NCBI GenBank assembly: GCA_963662545.2
Contig: CAXXLL010000002.1
Location: 992,001 to 1,056,000 of the forward strand
DNA length: 64,000 nucleotides
DNA from: Gammaproteobacteria bacterium
Lineage (GTDB): Bacteria > Pseudomonadota > Gammaproteobacteria > Ga0077536
Direction: 5' to 3'
The translations under genes were made by a program, and so were the position numbers. Below are positions 8,699-18,221 of this stretch, in pieces (position 1 is the first letter of the stretch; the number at the start of each line of letters is the position of its first letter). Under the pieces are notes generated by a model, which was not told where the DNA came from, ran no database searches, and saw only the letters and a program-made list of their open reading frames with translations.

Positions 8699-10324
8699 TC
8701 AGGCGGCGGTCTCGCCTGCCATGTTCGGTTTCAGATCGCCGCTCTCGAACATCTCGACGAGGAGATATTTCTGTATCTTGCCGGACGGTGTCATCGGATA
8801 AGCGTCGAGTTCGATCCATATCTTGGGCGTCTTATGGGGCGCCAGATGCTCGCGCATGAAGTCGTGCAGCTCGTCCGCATTCGTGGCCATGCCTTCGGCA
8901 ACGCGGATGAAGGCGGCCACCTGTTCGCCCCAGCGTTCGTCCGGAATACCGACCACCGCGGCCTCGGCGATCGCCGGATGCTTGAAAAGGACGTCTTCGA
9001 TCTCCCGCGGGTAGACGTTCTCTCCGCCGCGAATGATCATGTCCTTGAGCCGGCCCTGAACGTAGAAGTAACCGCGCTTGTCCATTGAGCACAGATCGCC
9101 GGTGTGCAGCCAGCCGTCCGCGTCGATTGTACTGGCGGTGGCTTCGGGCATGTCGAAGTATTCCTGCATCGTCAAATAACCGCGCGTACAGAATTCGCCG
9201 GTTTCGCCGACCGGCACAGTCTCGCCCGTTTCGGTGTCCACGATTTTGACTTCGGCTTGGGGCAGGGCCCGGCCCAGGGATTCACTCGTATCCTCGGGCG
9301 TATCGTCGAGGCGCGTGCTGGTGACGACCGGCGAGGTTTCAGTCTGTCCGAAGATGATCGAAAACTCGCAGCCGAACTCTCGCTTGATGCGCTTGACGAT
9401 CTCGATGGGCACGACCGCGCCGCCGGAAATGATCACTTCCAGCGACGACAGGTCGCGCGGCGTCGCGCGCTGCGCCTCGAGCAGCGCGATCAGCATGGTC
9501 GGTACGGCGAGCGTGAATTGCGCGCGTTCCTGCTCGATCAGATCCAGGTACAGATTCGGTTCGAATTCCGGCACCAGGACCAGCGTTCCCCGCGTCTGCA
9601 AAGTGCCGAGTACGCTGACCACGCAGCCGCCCGTATGAAACAGCGGCATCGCGGAAATATCGATGGTGCCGTCGCCGACGCCGCGCAGAATAGCCATATG
9701 CCGCGAGTTGTTGGTCACGCCGTGATGGGTGAGCAGCGCGCCCTTGGGGAAACCAGTGGTGCCCGAGGTGTATTGGATCATGATTGAGTCACCGGGCGCG
9801 ACCGCGGGCAGGGAGCGGTCCGCAATGCCTTTCGCCACCATCTCCGGCAGTTCGTCGAGCGCGAGTGCTACATCGAGGTCGGGCAGCTTGGTGACCACGG
9901 CATCGACCTTCGCGCGCATGTCGACCCCGCGGTAGGTGGGCGCGAAGAACAGGCCGCGTGCGCGCGACTGCTTGAGCACGTATTCGAGCTCCGATTCGCG
10001 ATACGCCGGGTTCACGGTTACGAGAACCATGCCGGCGAGTGCGAGCCCGTATTGCACTACGATCCACTCGATGCAGTTGGGGGCCCATATGGCGACGTGG
10101 TCGCCCGGCTCGAATAAGCCGCGTAGCGCATGCGCCATGGCCTCCGATTCGGCGAGCAGTTCCGCATAGCTCAGTTTTCTACGCGAGGCTGGATCGGCAG
10201 TCCCCTCGATCAGCGCCGTCTTGTCCGGGATGGACGCGGCAACCTCGCGCAAGGTTCCTCCGGCGGTTGTTTCGAGCAGTGGCTGCTCGCCGGTCGCCGC
10301 CCAGTATGATGTCGTCAACGCCAT
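8699..10324 (-). CDS. AMP-dependent acyl-CoA synthetase/ligase
   Basis: YTSGTTGFPKG, FGQTETSP, GWLHTGDL, GRLKDMIIRGGENVYPREIE and TPSGKIQK motifs. Confidence 0.93.
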   Translation of the reverse strand: MALTTSYWAATGEQPLLETTAGGTLREVAASIPDKTALIEGTADPASRRKLSYAELLAESEAMAHALRGLFEPGDHVAIWAPNCIEWIVVQYGLALAGMVLVTVNPAYRESELEYVLKQSRARGLFFAPTYRGVDMRAKVDAVVTKLPDLDVALALDELPEMVAKGIADRSLPAVAPGDSIMIQYTSGTTGFPKGALLTHHGVTNNSRHMAILRGVGDGTIDISAMPLFHTGGCVVSVLGTLQTRGTLVLVPEFEPNLYLDLIEQERAQFTLAVPTMLIALLEAQRATPRDLSSLEVIISGGAVVPIEIVKRIKREFGCEFSIIFGQTETSPVVTSTRLDDTPEDTSESLGRALPQAEVKIVDTETGETVPVGETGEFCTRGYLTMQEYFDMPEATASTIDADGWLHTGDLCSMDKRGYFYVQGRLKDMIIRGGENVYPREIEDVLFKHPAIAEAAVVGIPDERWGEQVAAFIRVAEGMATNADELHDFMREHLAPHKTPKIWIELDAYPMTPSGKIQKYLLVEMFESGDLKPNMAGETAA

Positions 10325-10375
10325 GGTTAATTTCTCCCGTTTAGTGCGACAGCGACGATCGATCGTTTTGTCGAC

Positions 10376-11644
10376 TCATTCTTTAACGCCCTTGGGCGCC
10401 CGCTGTTTCATGAAGCCGAATAGATAGCCCGCGACGCGCCGCATCTGGATCTCCTCGGCGCCCTCGGTGATGCGGTAGCGGCGGTGATGCCGGTAGATGT
10501 GTTCGAACGGCTTGTGCCGCGAATAGCCCAGCCCACCGTGCACCTGCATCGCGCGATCGGCGGCTTCGCAGCACATGCGGTTCGACCAGTAGTTGCACAT
10601 CGAGACCTTGTCCGACACGGAAAACGGCCCGTGAACATCCATCATCCAGGCTGTCTTGTGAATGAGCGCGCGCACCATCTCACACTGGGTCTGCAATTCC
10701 ACCAGCGGAAACTGGATCCCCTGGTTGCTCGCAAGCGGCTTGCCGAAGGGTTTGCGCTCTTTGGCGTAGGCGACCGATTCGTTGACGCAGTACTGAGCGG
10801 CGCCCAGGCTCGACGCCGCCTGGCGGATGCGGTTTTCGTTGAAGAAATGCTGCACCACCTGCAAGCCGCCGCCTTCCTCGCCGAGAATGGCGTCGTGCGG
10901 GACGGGTACGTCCTTGAGGCTGACGCGGCCGTGATCGGTCGGCATATTGAAGGTCCAGAGCATTTCTTCGACGCGAAAGCCTTGCGCATCCGTCGGCACC
11001 AGAAACGCTGTGATCCCTTCGGCATCACCCGCCTTACCGCTGGTGCGCGCGAAGATGAGGTCGCAGGGTGCGCTATGAATACCCGTATTCCAGGTTTTCT
11101 CGCCGTTGATGCGCCAGCCGTCGCCGTCGCGCACGGCTGTCGTGTCCATGTGAGTGGCATCGGAGCCATGCTCGGGCTCGGTGATCCCAAAGGCGATGAA
11201 GACGCTGCCGTCGGCCAGCGGTTCAGCCCACTCGGCTTTTTGCGACGCGCTCCCGTATTCGAGGATCAAGAGCAGGCCGACGTTATTGGCGACGATCGCG
11301 TGTTCGTTCTGCAAATCGCAATGCAGTCCGAGCCCCTTGGATGCCAGGTGTTCCCGGATCACGGCCATGCCGAGGTTGGTGCCGTCGCGCCCGCCGTATT
11401 CCTTCGGGGATGCGTAACGATAGTGTCCGGCGGCATCCGCGCGCCGGCGGGCCTCGGCCAACAGCGCTTCCCAGTCTTCGCTGGGGATCCCGCCCTTGTC
11501 CCAATTCGTGCGCGCGTATTCGCGGCGGTGGTCGAAGAAGCGGATGTTGTCGTCCTCCTCCTCCAGCGGTTTGATCTCGCGCTCGATGAACGCGTCGAGT
11601 TCCACGAGATAATCGGCGAGGGCCGGGGGGAGATCGAAATTCAC
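10376..11644 (-). CDS. Acyl-CoA dehydrogenase
   Basis: FGITEPEHGSDA, INGEKTW, QVHGGLGY and ITEGAEEIQ motifs; GTG start at 11644 overlaps the upstream TGA. Confidence 0.92.
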   Translation of the reverse strand: MNFDLPPALADYLVELDAFIEREIKPLEEEDDNIRFFDHRREYARTNWDKGGIPSEDWEALLAEARRRADAAGHYRYASPKEYGGRDGTNLGMAVIREHLASKGLGLHCDLQNEHAIVANNVGLLLILEYGSASQKAEWAEPLADGSVFIAFGITEPEHGSDATHMDTTAVRDGDGWRINGEKTWNTGIHSAPCDLIFARTSGKAGDAEGITAFLVPTDAQGFRVEEMLWTFNMPTDHGRVSLKDVPVPHDAILGEEGGGLQVVQHFFNENRIRQAASSLGAAQYCVNESVAYAKERKPFGKPLASNQGIQFPLVELQTQCEMVRALIHKTAWMMDVHGPFSVSDKVSMCNYWSNRMCCEAADRAMQVHGGLGYSRHKPFEHIYRHHRRYRITEGAEEIQMRRVAGYLFGFMKQRAPKGVKE

Positions 11645-12798
11645 GATACTTCCTTCAGCAGTTCGCGGGCGATGATCACGCGCTGAATTTCGCTCGTGCC
11701 TTCGTAGATCGAGGTGACGCGGGCATCGCGCGCGTAACGTTCGAGCGGGTACTCTCGTGTATAACCAACGCCGCCCATCAATTGCAAGGCGGTGTAGCAG
11801 GCGCGGTTGGCAGCCTCGGTCGCGTAGAGCTTGGCCATCGAGGCGGCCTTGATGTAGGGCCGTCCGGCTTCCTTGAGATAGGCGGCGTTCATGATCAGCA
11901 GGCGCGTGGCTTCGAGTTCGGTATAGGTATCGGCCAGCATCCATTGAATGCCCTGAAAGTCGCCGATCTTGCGGCCGAACTGTTCGCGCTCGGTTACGTA
12001 CCGACGTGCGATGTCCATCGCCGCGGTGGCGATGCCGAGCGCGAGCGAACCGATCCCGATACGCCCGCCCGTCAACTCTCCCACGGCCACGCGGAAGCCG
12101 TCATTCGGTTCACCGAGCAGCGCATCGTGGGGGATCCGGCATTCTTCGAAATGCATGGGGTTGGTGCTCGACGCACGCTGTCCCATTTTGAGCTCGGCCT
12201 TGCCGATCGTCATTCCCGGCGTGCCCGCTTCGATCAGAAAGCAGGAGATCCCTTTACCCTGTGAGCGCTCGGCATCCGTTACCGCCCAAACCACGAAGAC
12301 GCCGGCATATTCGGCGCCCGTGATCCACATCTTGGTGCCGTTCAATACCCATTCATCGCCGTCTTGCACCGCGCGCGTCTTCAAGCCCGACGGATCAGAA
12401 CCTGCACCGGCTTCCGAAAGGCAGAAAGCGCCGCTGGCATACTCTCCCGAGCAGAGTTTGGGGATGTAGTGCTTTTTCTGCGCCTCGCTGCCGATGGATT
12501 GGATGATTTCACCGACGAGGTTCGTCACCGACATCGAGAGCGCACTCGACGCGCAACTGCGTGCAATCTCCGTGACAGCGACGCTGAAGGCGACGACGCC
12601 GGCACCCGTGCCGCCATAATCGCTGTTGACGTTCAAGCCCATGAACCCGAGATCAGCGAGTTGCTTGAGCTTTTCGAGATATAGCAGACGCTTGTCGGGG
12701 GATTCGAGGTCGGCCGCGATCGGCGCGAGCTCGGTCTCGGAGAAACGCCGCGCGGTGTCCTGTATCAGGGCCTGTTCTTCAGTCAGATCGAGATGCAT
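11641..12798 (-). CDS. Acyl-CoA dehydrogenase
   Basis: FCLSEAGAGSD, LNGTKMWIT, REQFG and IYEGTSEIQR motifs; start placed at MHLDLTEEQ. Confidence 0.93.
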   Translation of the reverse strand: MHLDLTEEQALIQDTARRFSETELAPIAADLESPDKRLLYLEKLKQLADLGFMGLNVNSDYGGTGAGVVAFSVAVTEIARSCASSALSMSVTNLVGEIIQSIGSEAQKKHYIPKLCSGEYASGAFCLSEAGAGSDPSGLKTRAVQDGDEWVLNGTKMWITGAEYAGVFVVWAVTDAERSQGKGISCFLIEAGTPGMTIGKAELKMGQRASSTNPMHFEECRIPHDALLGEPNDGFRVAVGELTGGRIGIGSLALGIATAAMDIARRYVTEREQFGRKIGDFQGIQWMLADTYTELEATRLLIMNAAYLKEAGRPYIKAASMAKLYATEAANRACYTALQLMGGVGYTREYPLERYARDARVTSIYEGTSEIQRVIIARELLKEVS

Positions 12799-13026
12799 GG
12801 GTGATTTCGACGGATGAGCGAGCGAGAATAGTGCCGCAGAAAAACGGCATGAACAAGGCGGGTGCGCATTGCGTTTTGCCCGCCAGCGGGCGAGCCGGAG
12901 TAATGAGAAAGCCATTTAAAATGGCTTTCTCCCGGCGAGCGCCCGGCCACGGATGGTCGGGCTGGGCTTAAACGAAGCCCGCGGCGTAACGCCAAGGATG
13001 GCAAGTACGGAAGGATTGATAGGGGG

Positions 13027-13049
13027 GTAGGAGCCCGCTTGCGGGCGAA
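13027..13049 (+). repeat. GTAG-type REP
   Basis: GTAGGAGCCCGCTTGCGGGCGAA, identical to 19503-19525. Confidence 0.75.
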
Positions 13050-13109
13050 CCCTTATCCCGAACCCCGGCGCCCTAACGGGCCGGTAACGGATCTCAATAG
13101 AAACCCGAA

Positions 13110-13613
13110 CTACGGCAGTTCACGCCCCAACCAGTCTCGATAAAAGACTTCCAGGTTTGGCTTGAAATTGACCAGGATCGGGTAGCCCGGTGGTACCGCA
13201 TCGACTTCGAGCTGACGGGCGCAATCGGGGCAGAAGAATTCCCGGATCTCGTTTTTCTCCGGATCCGGGCAGCGTGGACCGGGGTAGATCTCGCCGAGGC
13301 TCTCCTCGGTATCGCGCACGTTGATGAGCGCGTTGGTCTTCCAGTTCTCCCGGTAATCGCCGAGTTCATAGCCGCACAGACACTTCACCGCGTAGATCCC
13401 CTCGGCGTTCTTGACGATCATGAGATACGGGCTCAAGGGCAGGACGATGGGCTCATCCCAATCCATCCGCGACTGCAGGACCTCGATGTAGGTATCGAAG
13501 CGCTGCGGGTCTTTGTAGGACGATTGTATGTGATGGACGTCGTCCCACGGCAGTTCGCCGTCTATCAACTGGCCCAGTGTGGCCCGGTCCAGTTCTACGA
13601 TTTGTCCACTCAT
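13110..13613 (-). CDS. acxC: Acetone carboxylase gamma-subunit-like protein
   Basis: KCLCG and EFFCPDC zinc ligands; YKDP.RF..Y and VPPGYP motifs; third gene of the trio. Confidence 0.85.
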   Translation of the reverse strand: MSGQIVELDRATLGQLIDGELPWDDVHHIQSSYKDPQRFDTYIEVLQSRMDWDEPIVLPLSPYLMIVKNAEGIYAVKCLCGYELGDYRENWKTNALINVRDTEESLGEIYPGPRCPDPEKNEIREFFCPDCARQLEVDAVPPGYPILVNFKPNLEVFYRDWLGRELP

Positions 13614-13615
13614 GT

Positions 13616-15901
13616 TCAGAACTCCAGGGGATCGTCGGCGACGCGGGATTTACCGGAACGCAGGGCGACCGGATTGACGTCGCGTATCGACGGAATATCG
13701 AATGTGAATGTTTCGTCGAAGCCCCAGAATTCGCGGTACTCCCTGATCCACTTCTCGGAATGGGAGCTGACGTCTTTGAATATTTCGAGCACGACCATGG
13801 GCAGATCGTATTTTTCGATGCGTGCCCGCTGCTGCTTGATCCATTCTCTGGCCGGCACGCCTTTTGACTTGCGCGCAGCGAGCATCGACTGGCGGCGAGC
13901 CTCGGTTGCTTCGCGATTGACCACGTAGCAGTCTTCCGCCTCGTCGCGTTCGATCACGGCGCCGCAGATCTGCTCGACCATCTCCGGCGTCACGATGCCG
14001 TTTTCGAGATCCTTCTCGATCAGGGCCGCATCGCGATCGATCGGATCACCGAAACCGCCCATGCCCCGGTACTGCATCAACAGCACGTCGCCTTCGGTCA
14101 TCGGTTTGTCCGCCGTCATGTTGCCGTGCGAGATCTTGCAGTTGCCATTGATGAGCCGTGTGATCTCCGGATCACAGGGGTCGGGGCCTTCACCGGTTGG
14201 TAATTCGTCCTGATTGGCGATGCGTTCCTTGATGTCCGTATCCGTCAGGAGATAGATGTAATGAATCTTGCCGGGATAGCCGCCGAACAGGCCCTGGTGA
14301 TCGAAAGCCCGCGCCTGGCATAGCTCGGTCGTCAACACCAGTTGATTGGATCGGTGGGTCATGAGGCATGACTGCCAGCCGTTGCCACCGCGGTATTTAC
14401 CGAAGCCGTGACAATTTGGCAGGATCTTGCGGGACAGATACAGTTGTGGAAATAATTGCTCCCAGATTTCGGCATTACCCATGTCGGATTCCGGGTTCCA
14501 CAGCACGTAGCCGAAATCAATGCCGTCCGCGATGCCGCGCGCACCGCTGCCCTGGGCGGCAAGTTCGAAATTCGTGCCGCCAAAGACTTTCCCATACTGA
14601 TCGATGCCGCCGGCGTCGTAGCAGGGCGTCAATGCGCCGAAGAGGAAGGTTTCCTCGACGAAACCGCGCATGTAAGTCGACCTCGCCATCATGCGGTACC
14701 AGTTGGCCCAGCTCGGCATGACCAGGTTCCAGCCAAGCGAGGTGGACGCATACTTATTGTCGGGCCAGGCGACCGTGCCTTTGGAGAACTTGAGTTCGCA
14801 GCCGAGCACGCTGCCGTGGTTGATGCGGCCGTCGGTGTTCAGAGCCTGCGACATGGAGACGAAGAGACCGCCTTCGAGCGCCGCGGGTGTGGCGTTCCCC
14901 GACCAGTAGCGCCAGGAGCCGAAACCGTCGAAATCGATGGTCATCTTGCCGTCGCCGTCGATCACCATCTCCATCGGTTCGATGATAGTGACGTCGCCGT
15001 CGGCCAGGGGCGAGAGGCCCGGCGCGCCTTCCATCATCTGGTCGCAGGTGGTGACTTCCTTGTAGGTCCCGGGAATCAACATCGTCTTGACGCGTTCGAG
15101 CTGCGCCCGGCGGGCGCCCTCGATATATTCATTGGTCGCCTGTTTGTAGTAATCGGTGCCGAATTCCTTGATCGTCTTGAGCACTTGGTCCCGCGCGCTC
15201 AGAGCGCCCGTGACGCGCGCCTTGGTGTCCAGTATCCACAGGTCGGGCGAACGCACGCTGCGCTCCGCGCGGACTTCGTAATACTTGTAGATCTGATCGT
15301 TCTCGCCGATGCGTTCGGCGCAGATGATTAATCCCTCGGTGAAACGTTCCGACGACAGGACCGGCATGCTGCCCGGCGTGATACCACCGACCTCGAGCAC
15401 GTGCGTGACCATGCCGGCCCAGCCCAGCAACTCGCCGTCCTGGAAAATCGGGGTGATGTCCATGACGTCCGGTATGTGCACGCCGCCGATGTAAGTGTCG
15501 TTGTTCTCGAAGATGTCGCCGTGCTTGAAGCCCGGATCCAGTTCGTAATCGTGGGCGAGCATCCATTTGATGAAGCGGCTCATGGTGTGGACATGGACCA
15601 TGATGCCGCCCGAGAAGACGATCGCGTCGCCTTCGGGCGTATAAAGGCCGACGACCGATTCGCCGACTTCGCGGGTACCCGGCGAACAGGCGACGCGTGA
15701 GCCAACCTGTTGCGAGCCGATGACGATCGACTGCAATCTTGAATAGAGCAATTCGTAGCGGATGACGTCCTCTTCCTCCAAAGAGAGCTTCTCGACACCG
15801 TTGTAGTGGCCGGTGGCTTCAAACAGACGCTTGGAATTTTCCATTCGCGCGCGCAGTGAGAATTGAACAGTCGATTCTTCCAGGGGACGTGTTGCACTCA
15901 T
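13616..15901 (-). CDS. acxB: Acetone carboxylase alpha-subunit-like (hydantoinase B family)
   Basis: NND..IGGVHIPD and VTHV metal-binding region, GFGKYRGG, GGFGDPIDR; 761 aa. Confidence 0.85.
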   Translation of the reverse strand: MSATRPLEESTVQFSLRARMENSKRLFEATGHYNGVEKLSLEEEDVIRYELLYSRLQSIVIGSQQVGSRVACSPGTREVGESVVGLYTPEGDAIVFSGGIMVHVHTMSRFIKWMLAHDYELDPGFKHGDIFENNDTYIGGVHIPDVMDITPIFQDGELLGWAGMVTHVLEVGGITPGSMPVLSSERFTEGLIICAERIGENDQIYKYYEVRAERSVRSPDLWILDTKARVTGALSARDQVLKTIKEFGTDYYKQATNEYIEGARRAQLERVKTMLIPGTYKEVTTCDQMMEGAPGLSPLADGDVTIIEPMEMVIDGDGKMTIDFDGFGSWRYWSGNATPAALEGGLFVSMSQALNTDGRINHGSVLGCELKFSKGTVAWPDNKYASTSLGWNLVMPSWANWYRMMARSTYMRGFVEETFLFGALTPCYDAGGIDQYGKVFGGTNFELAAQGSGARGIADGIDFGYVLWNPESDMGNAEIWEQLFPQLYLSRKILPNCHGFGKYRGGNGWQSCLMTHRSNQLVLTTELCQARAFDHQGLFGGYPGKIHYIYLLTDTDIKERIANQDELPTGEGPDPCDPEITRLINGNCKISHGNMTADKPMTEGDVLLMQYRGMGGFGDPIDRDAALIEKDLENGIVTPEMVEQICGAVIERDEAEDCYVVNREATEARRQSMLAARKSKGVPAREWIKQQRARIEKYDLPMVVLEIFKDVSSHSEKWIREYREFWGFDETFTFDIPSIRDVNPVALRSGKSRVADDPLEF

Positions 15902-15931
15902 GCTTAAATGCTCCTGTCGATCAGGGTACGA

Positions 15932-18067
15932 TTAAATATTTTCCAACCACAAGAATCGGCGCGCGTCCATGCGTGCTTTCCGGGTCGGCGGCACGAGCAG
16001 GGTCGTTGCCGGATGCTCGAGAATGGCGAGACCCGCGACGACATTGCCCGGCTGCATGCTGTCCATGTCGTAGATGCCTGCTTTTTGCCAGCTCTGCTCG
16101 AAGTAGACGTCACGCTCGCCCTTATAGGCGGCCTCGGGCGGCGTCGCGCCCTGCAATGGAAACACCGGGAACTCGGGCTTGCGTGTCTCGATGGACGCGA
16201 CCAGCGCGACCTGGAAGATCGCATAACCGGCCTTGGGATACCGCGCCGCTTTCGCGAACATCTTGGTGTAGAGATCTTCAAAGCTGTCCAGCAGGTGGTT
16301 GACGTTTTCGACCGTGCCCTGCCAGTCGCCATCGAACGGCACCTCGACCTCGTCGAGTTGCCCGCCATAGCGCACGAAGGCGATGCGGCGATATTCGATT
16401 TTCGAGAGGTCCATGCCTTCGCGTTCGAAACTTTCGTGGGCCTCGGCTTCGAGATCGTTCCAGAGATCGGTCAGACCTTTAGCCACTGTTTCCCGAGTGG
16501 TGCGATCGGCGGTTTGTGCCAGGGAGAAGAGGCTAGAGCGCGTGTAACGGTGCGAATAATCGGTGGTGGTGCAGCCGAAGGCCGAGAACGCGGCCGCGAA
16601 GGGAAAGGTCACGACGCCCTTGAACGGCTGGTTTTCTGACACCCCGGCGAGTATCAGGGGCCCGGCGCCGCCGTAGCCCATGATGACGTAGTCGGCGACG
16701 TCGCCGCCGCGCACGTGGATCGCCCGTTGGGTCGCGTCCTGCGCCTGCTGCAGCCAGAGCTTGAGAATACCGTCCGCGGCGTCGTAGACGTCGAGTCCAA
16801 TCTTCGATGCGATCTGTTTCTCGAGTTCTTCCCTGGCCGCCGGGATGTTCAGCACGACTTTGCCGCCCAGGAAATTGTCCTTGTTGAGGTAGCCGTTGAT
16901 CGCGAGGCAGTCTGTCACCGTCGGTTGGCGGTTGCCACGATCGAAGCACACGGGTCCAGGGTTGGCACCGGCGCCTTCCGGACCCATGATGATGCGGTTG
17001 GTGATCGGGTCGACCGAGAGATAAAGCCCGGCGCCACCGCGGATACTATCGAGTTCGATGCTCGGCAGCGCCAGCCGGAAGCGGGCGATCTCGGGCTCAT
17101 TGTTGAGGTTGAAGGTCGCATTCGTAATGAGACCGAAGTCGTAGCTGGTGCCGCCCATGTCGACGGCGAGAACGTTTTTCTCGCCCAGGATCTGCGCGAT
17201 GTAATGCGCGCCCAGCATGCCGCCGATGGGACCTGAGATCAGCGTTTCGTGCAGCCGCGGGTGGCGGATGTTGGCGAGACCGCCGTAGGAAAGCATCGTC
17301 GTCAACTGTTTGCGATAACCCCTGGCCTTCGCGCTATCCTCTACGCTGTGCAGCTGCTTGCGCACCGGGTCCGCGGCATAGGCCTCGATGGTGGTCGCGT
17401 TCACTCGTTGGTTCTCGCGGATCACCGGTCGGACATGCGACGAGATGTAAATCGGGATATCGATCCCTTTTTCGGTCATGACCTCGCGACAGATCGTTTC
17501 CATACGCTGTTCGTTGTGCGGGTTCGCGTAGGAATGCAGAAAGCAGATGGCAAGGCCTTCCAGATCGTGGTCGAGCAATTCTTCGGCCACGCGCCGCCCA
17601 TCCTTTTCATAGAGCGGGATTGGGATATCGCCGAACATGTCGGTCCGCTCCGATACGCCGCGAACGCGCCGCCGGGGAATCAAGGGCTCATTGTGTACGT
17701 GGGTCGTCGAATGCAGGCGATCGGCGTGCGAATACCCGGACCAGACCTGCCGCCCCTGTTCCATCAAAAGGATATCTTCGAAGCCCTTCGAAGTAATGAG
17801 TCCGATCTTCTTGCCGGTACGCGTCAGCAAGGTGTTGATCATGGTGGTGCCGGAATAGACGGCGACCTCGAACTGTGTAAAGGCTTCGCGCTCGTCGAGG
17901 TTCCACTGCTCGAAAGCGTCTTCGGCGGATTCGATGAAACCCTCGGATTCGTCCCAGGGCGTGGTCGGCGCCTTGCCGATGACGAAATTGCCTTCGCTGT
18001 CGACGAGAAAGGTATCGGTCATAGTGCCACCCGCATCCATGGCGAGTCCGAGTACTTGTCGCGACAT
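15932..18067 (-). CDS. acxA: Acetone carboxylase beta-subunit-like (hydantoinase A family, ATP-binding)
   Basis: DAGGTMTD, TLISGPIGG, DMGGTSYD, GANPGPVC and YGGAGP motifs. Confidence 0.85.
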   Translation of the reverse strand: MSRQVLGLAMDAGGTMTDTFLVDSEGNFVIGKAPTTPWDESEGFIESAEDAFEQWNLDEREAFTQFEVAVYSGTTMINTLLTRTGKKIGLITSKGFEDILLMEQGRQVWSGYSHADRLHSTTHVHNEPLIPRRRVRGVSERTDMFGDIPIPLYEKDGRRVAEELLDHDLEGLAICFLHSYANPHNEQRMETICREVMTEKGIDIPIYISSHVRPVIRENQRVNATTIEAYAADPVRKQLHSVEDSAKARGYRKQLTTMLSYGGLANIRHPRLHETLISGPIGGMLGAHYIAQILGEKNVLAVDMGGTSYDFGLITNATFNLNNEPEIARFRLALPSIELDSIRGGAGLYLSVDPITNRIIMGPEGAGANPGPVCFDRGNRQPTVTDCLAINGYLNKDNFLGGKVVLNIPAAREELEKQIASKIGLDVYDAADGILKLWLQQAQDATQRAIHVRGGDVADYVIMGYGGAGPLILAGVSENQPFKGVVTFPFAAAFSAFGCTTTDYSHRYTRSSLFSLAQTADRTTRETVAKGLTDLWNDLEAEAHESFEREGMDLSKIEYRRIAFVRYGGQLDEVEVPFDGDWQGTVENVNHLLDSFEDLYTKMFAKAARYPKAGYAIFQVALVASIETRKPEFPVFPLQGATPPEAAYKGERDVYFEQSWQKAGIYDMDSMQPGNVVAGLAILEHPATTLLVPPTRKARMDARRFLWLENI

Positions 18068-18221
18068 ACTTAAGGTTCTCCTTAATAAGGCTCAATTCAC
18101 AGCTGGTGTACCGGCTGCGGTGGACGTTGGGTAGCAACCGCACATTCTAGCTTTCATTGCGGCAGCGCGCCGCATTTTTGCTGCAAAGCAACAAAAATGT
18201 AATACCCTCGCGTCATTGCTC

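Noticed and set aside
10484-11686. Long antisense ORFs (also 18216-19352, 25634-26713, 39299-40522, 54842-56140, 56277-57839)
   Set aside because: Each lies opposite a well-supported gene and reflects codon bias
11645-11944. 100-aa N-terminal extension of the acyl-CoA dehydrogenase in the ORF track
   Set aside because: It overlaps the upstream gene; the GTG at 11644 coupled to that gene's TGA is the natural start
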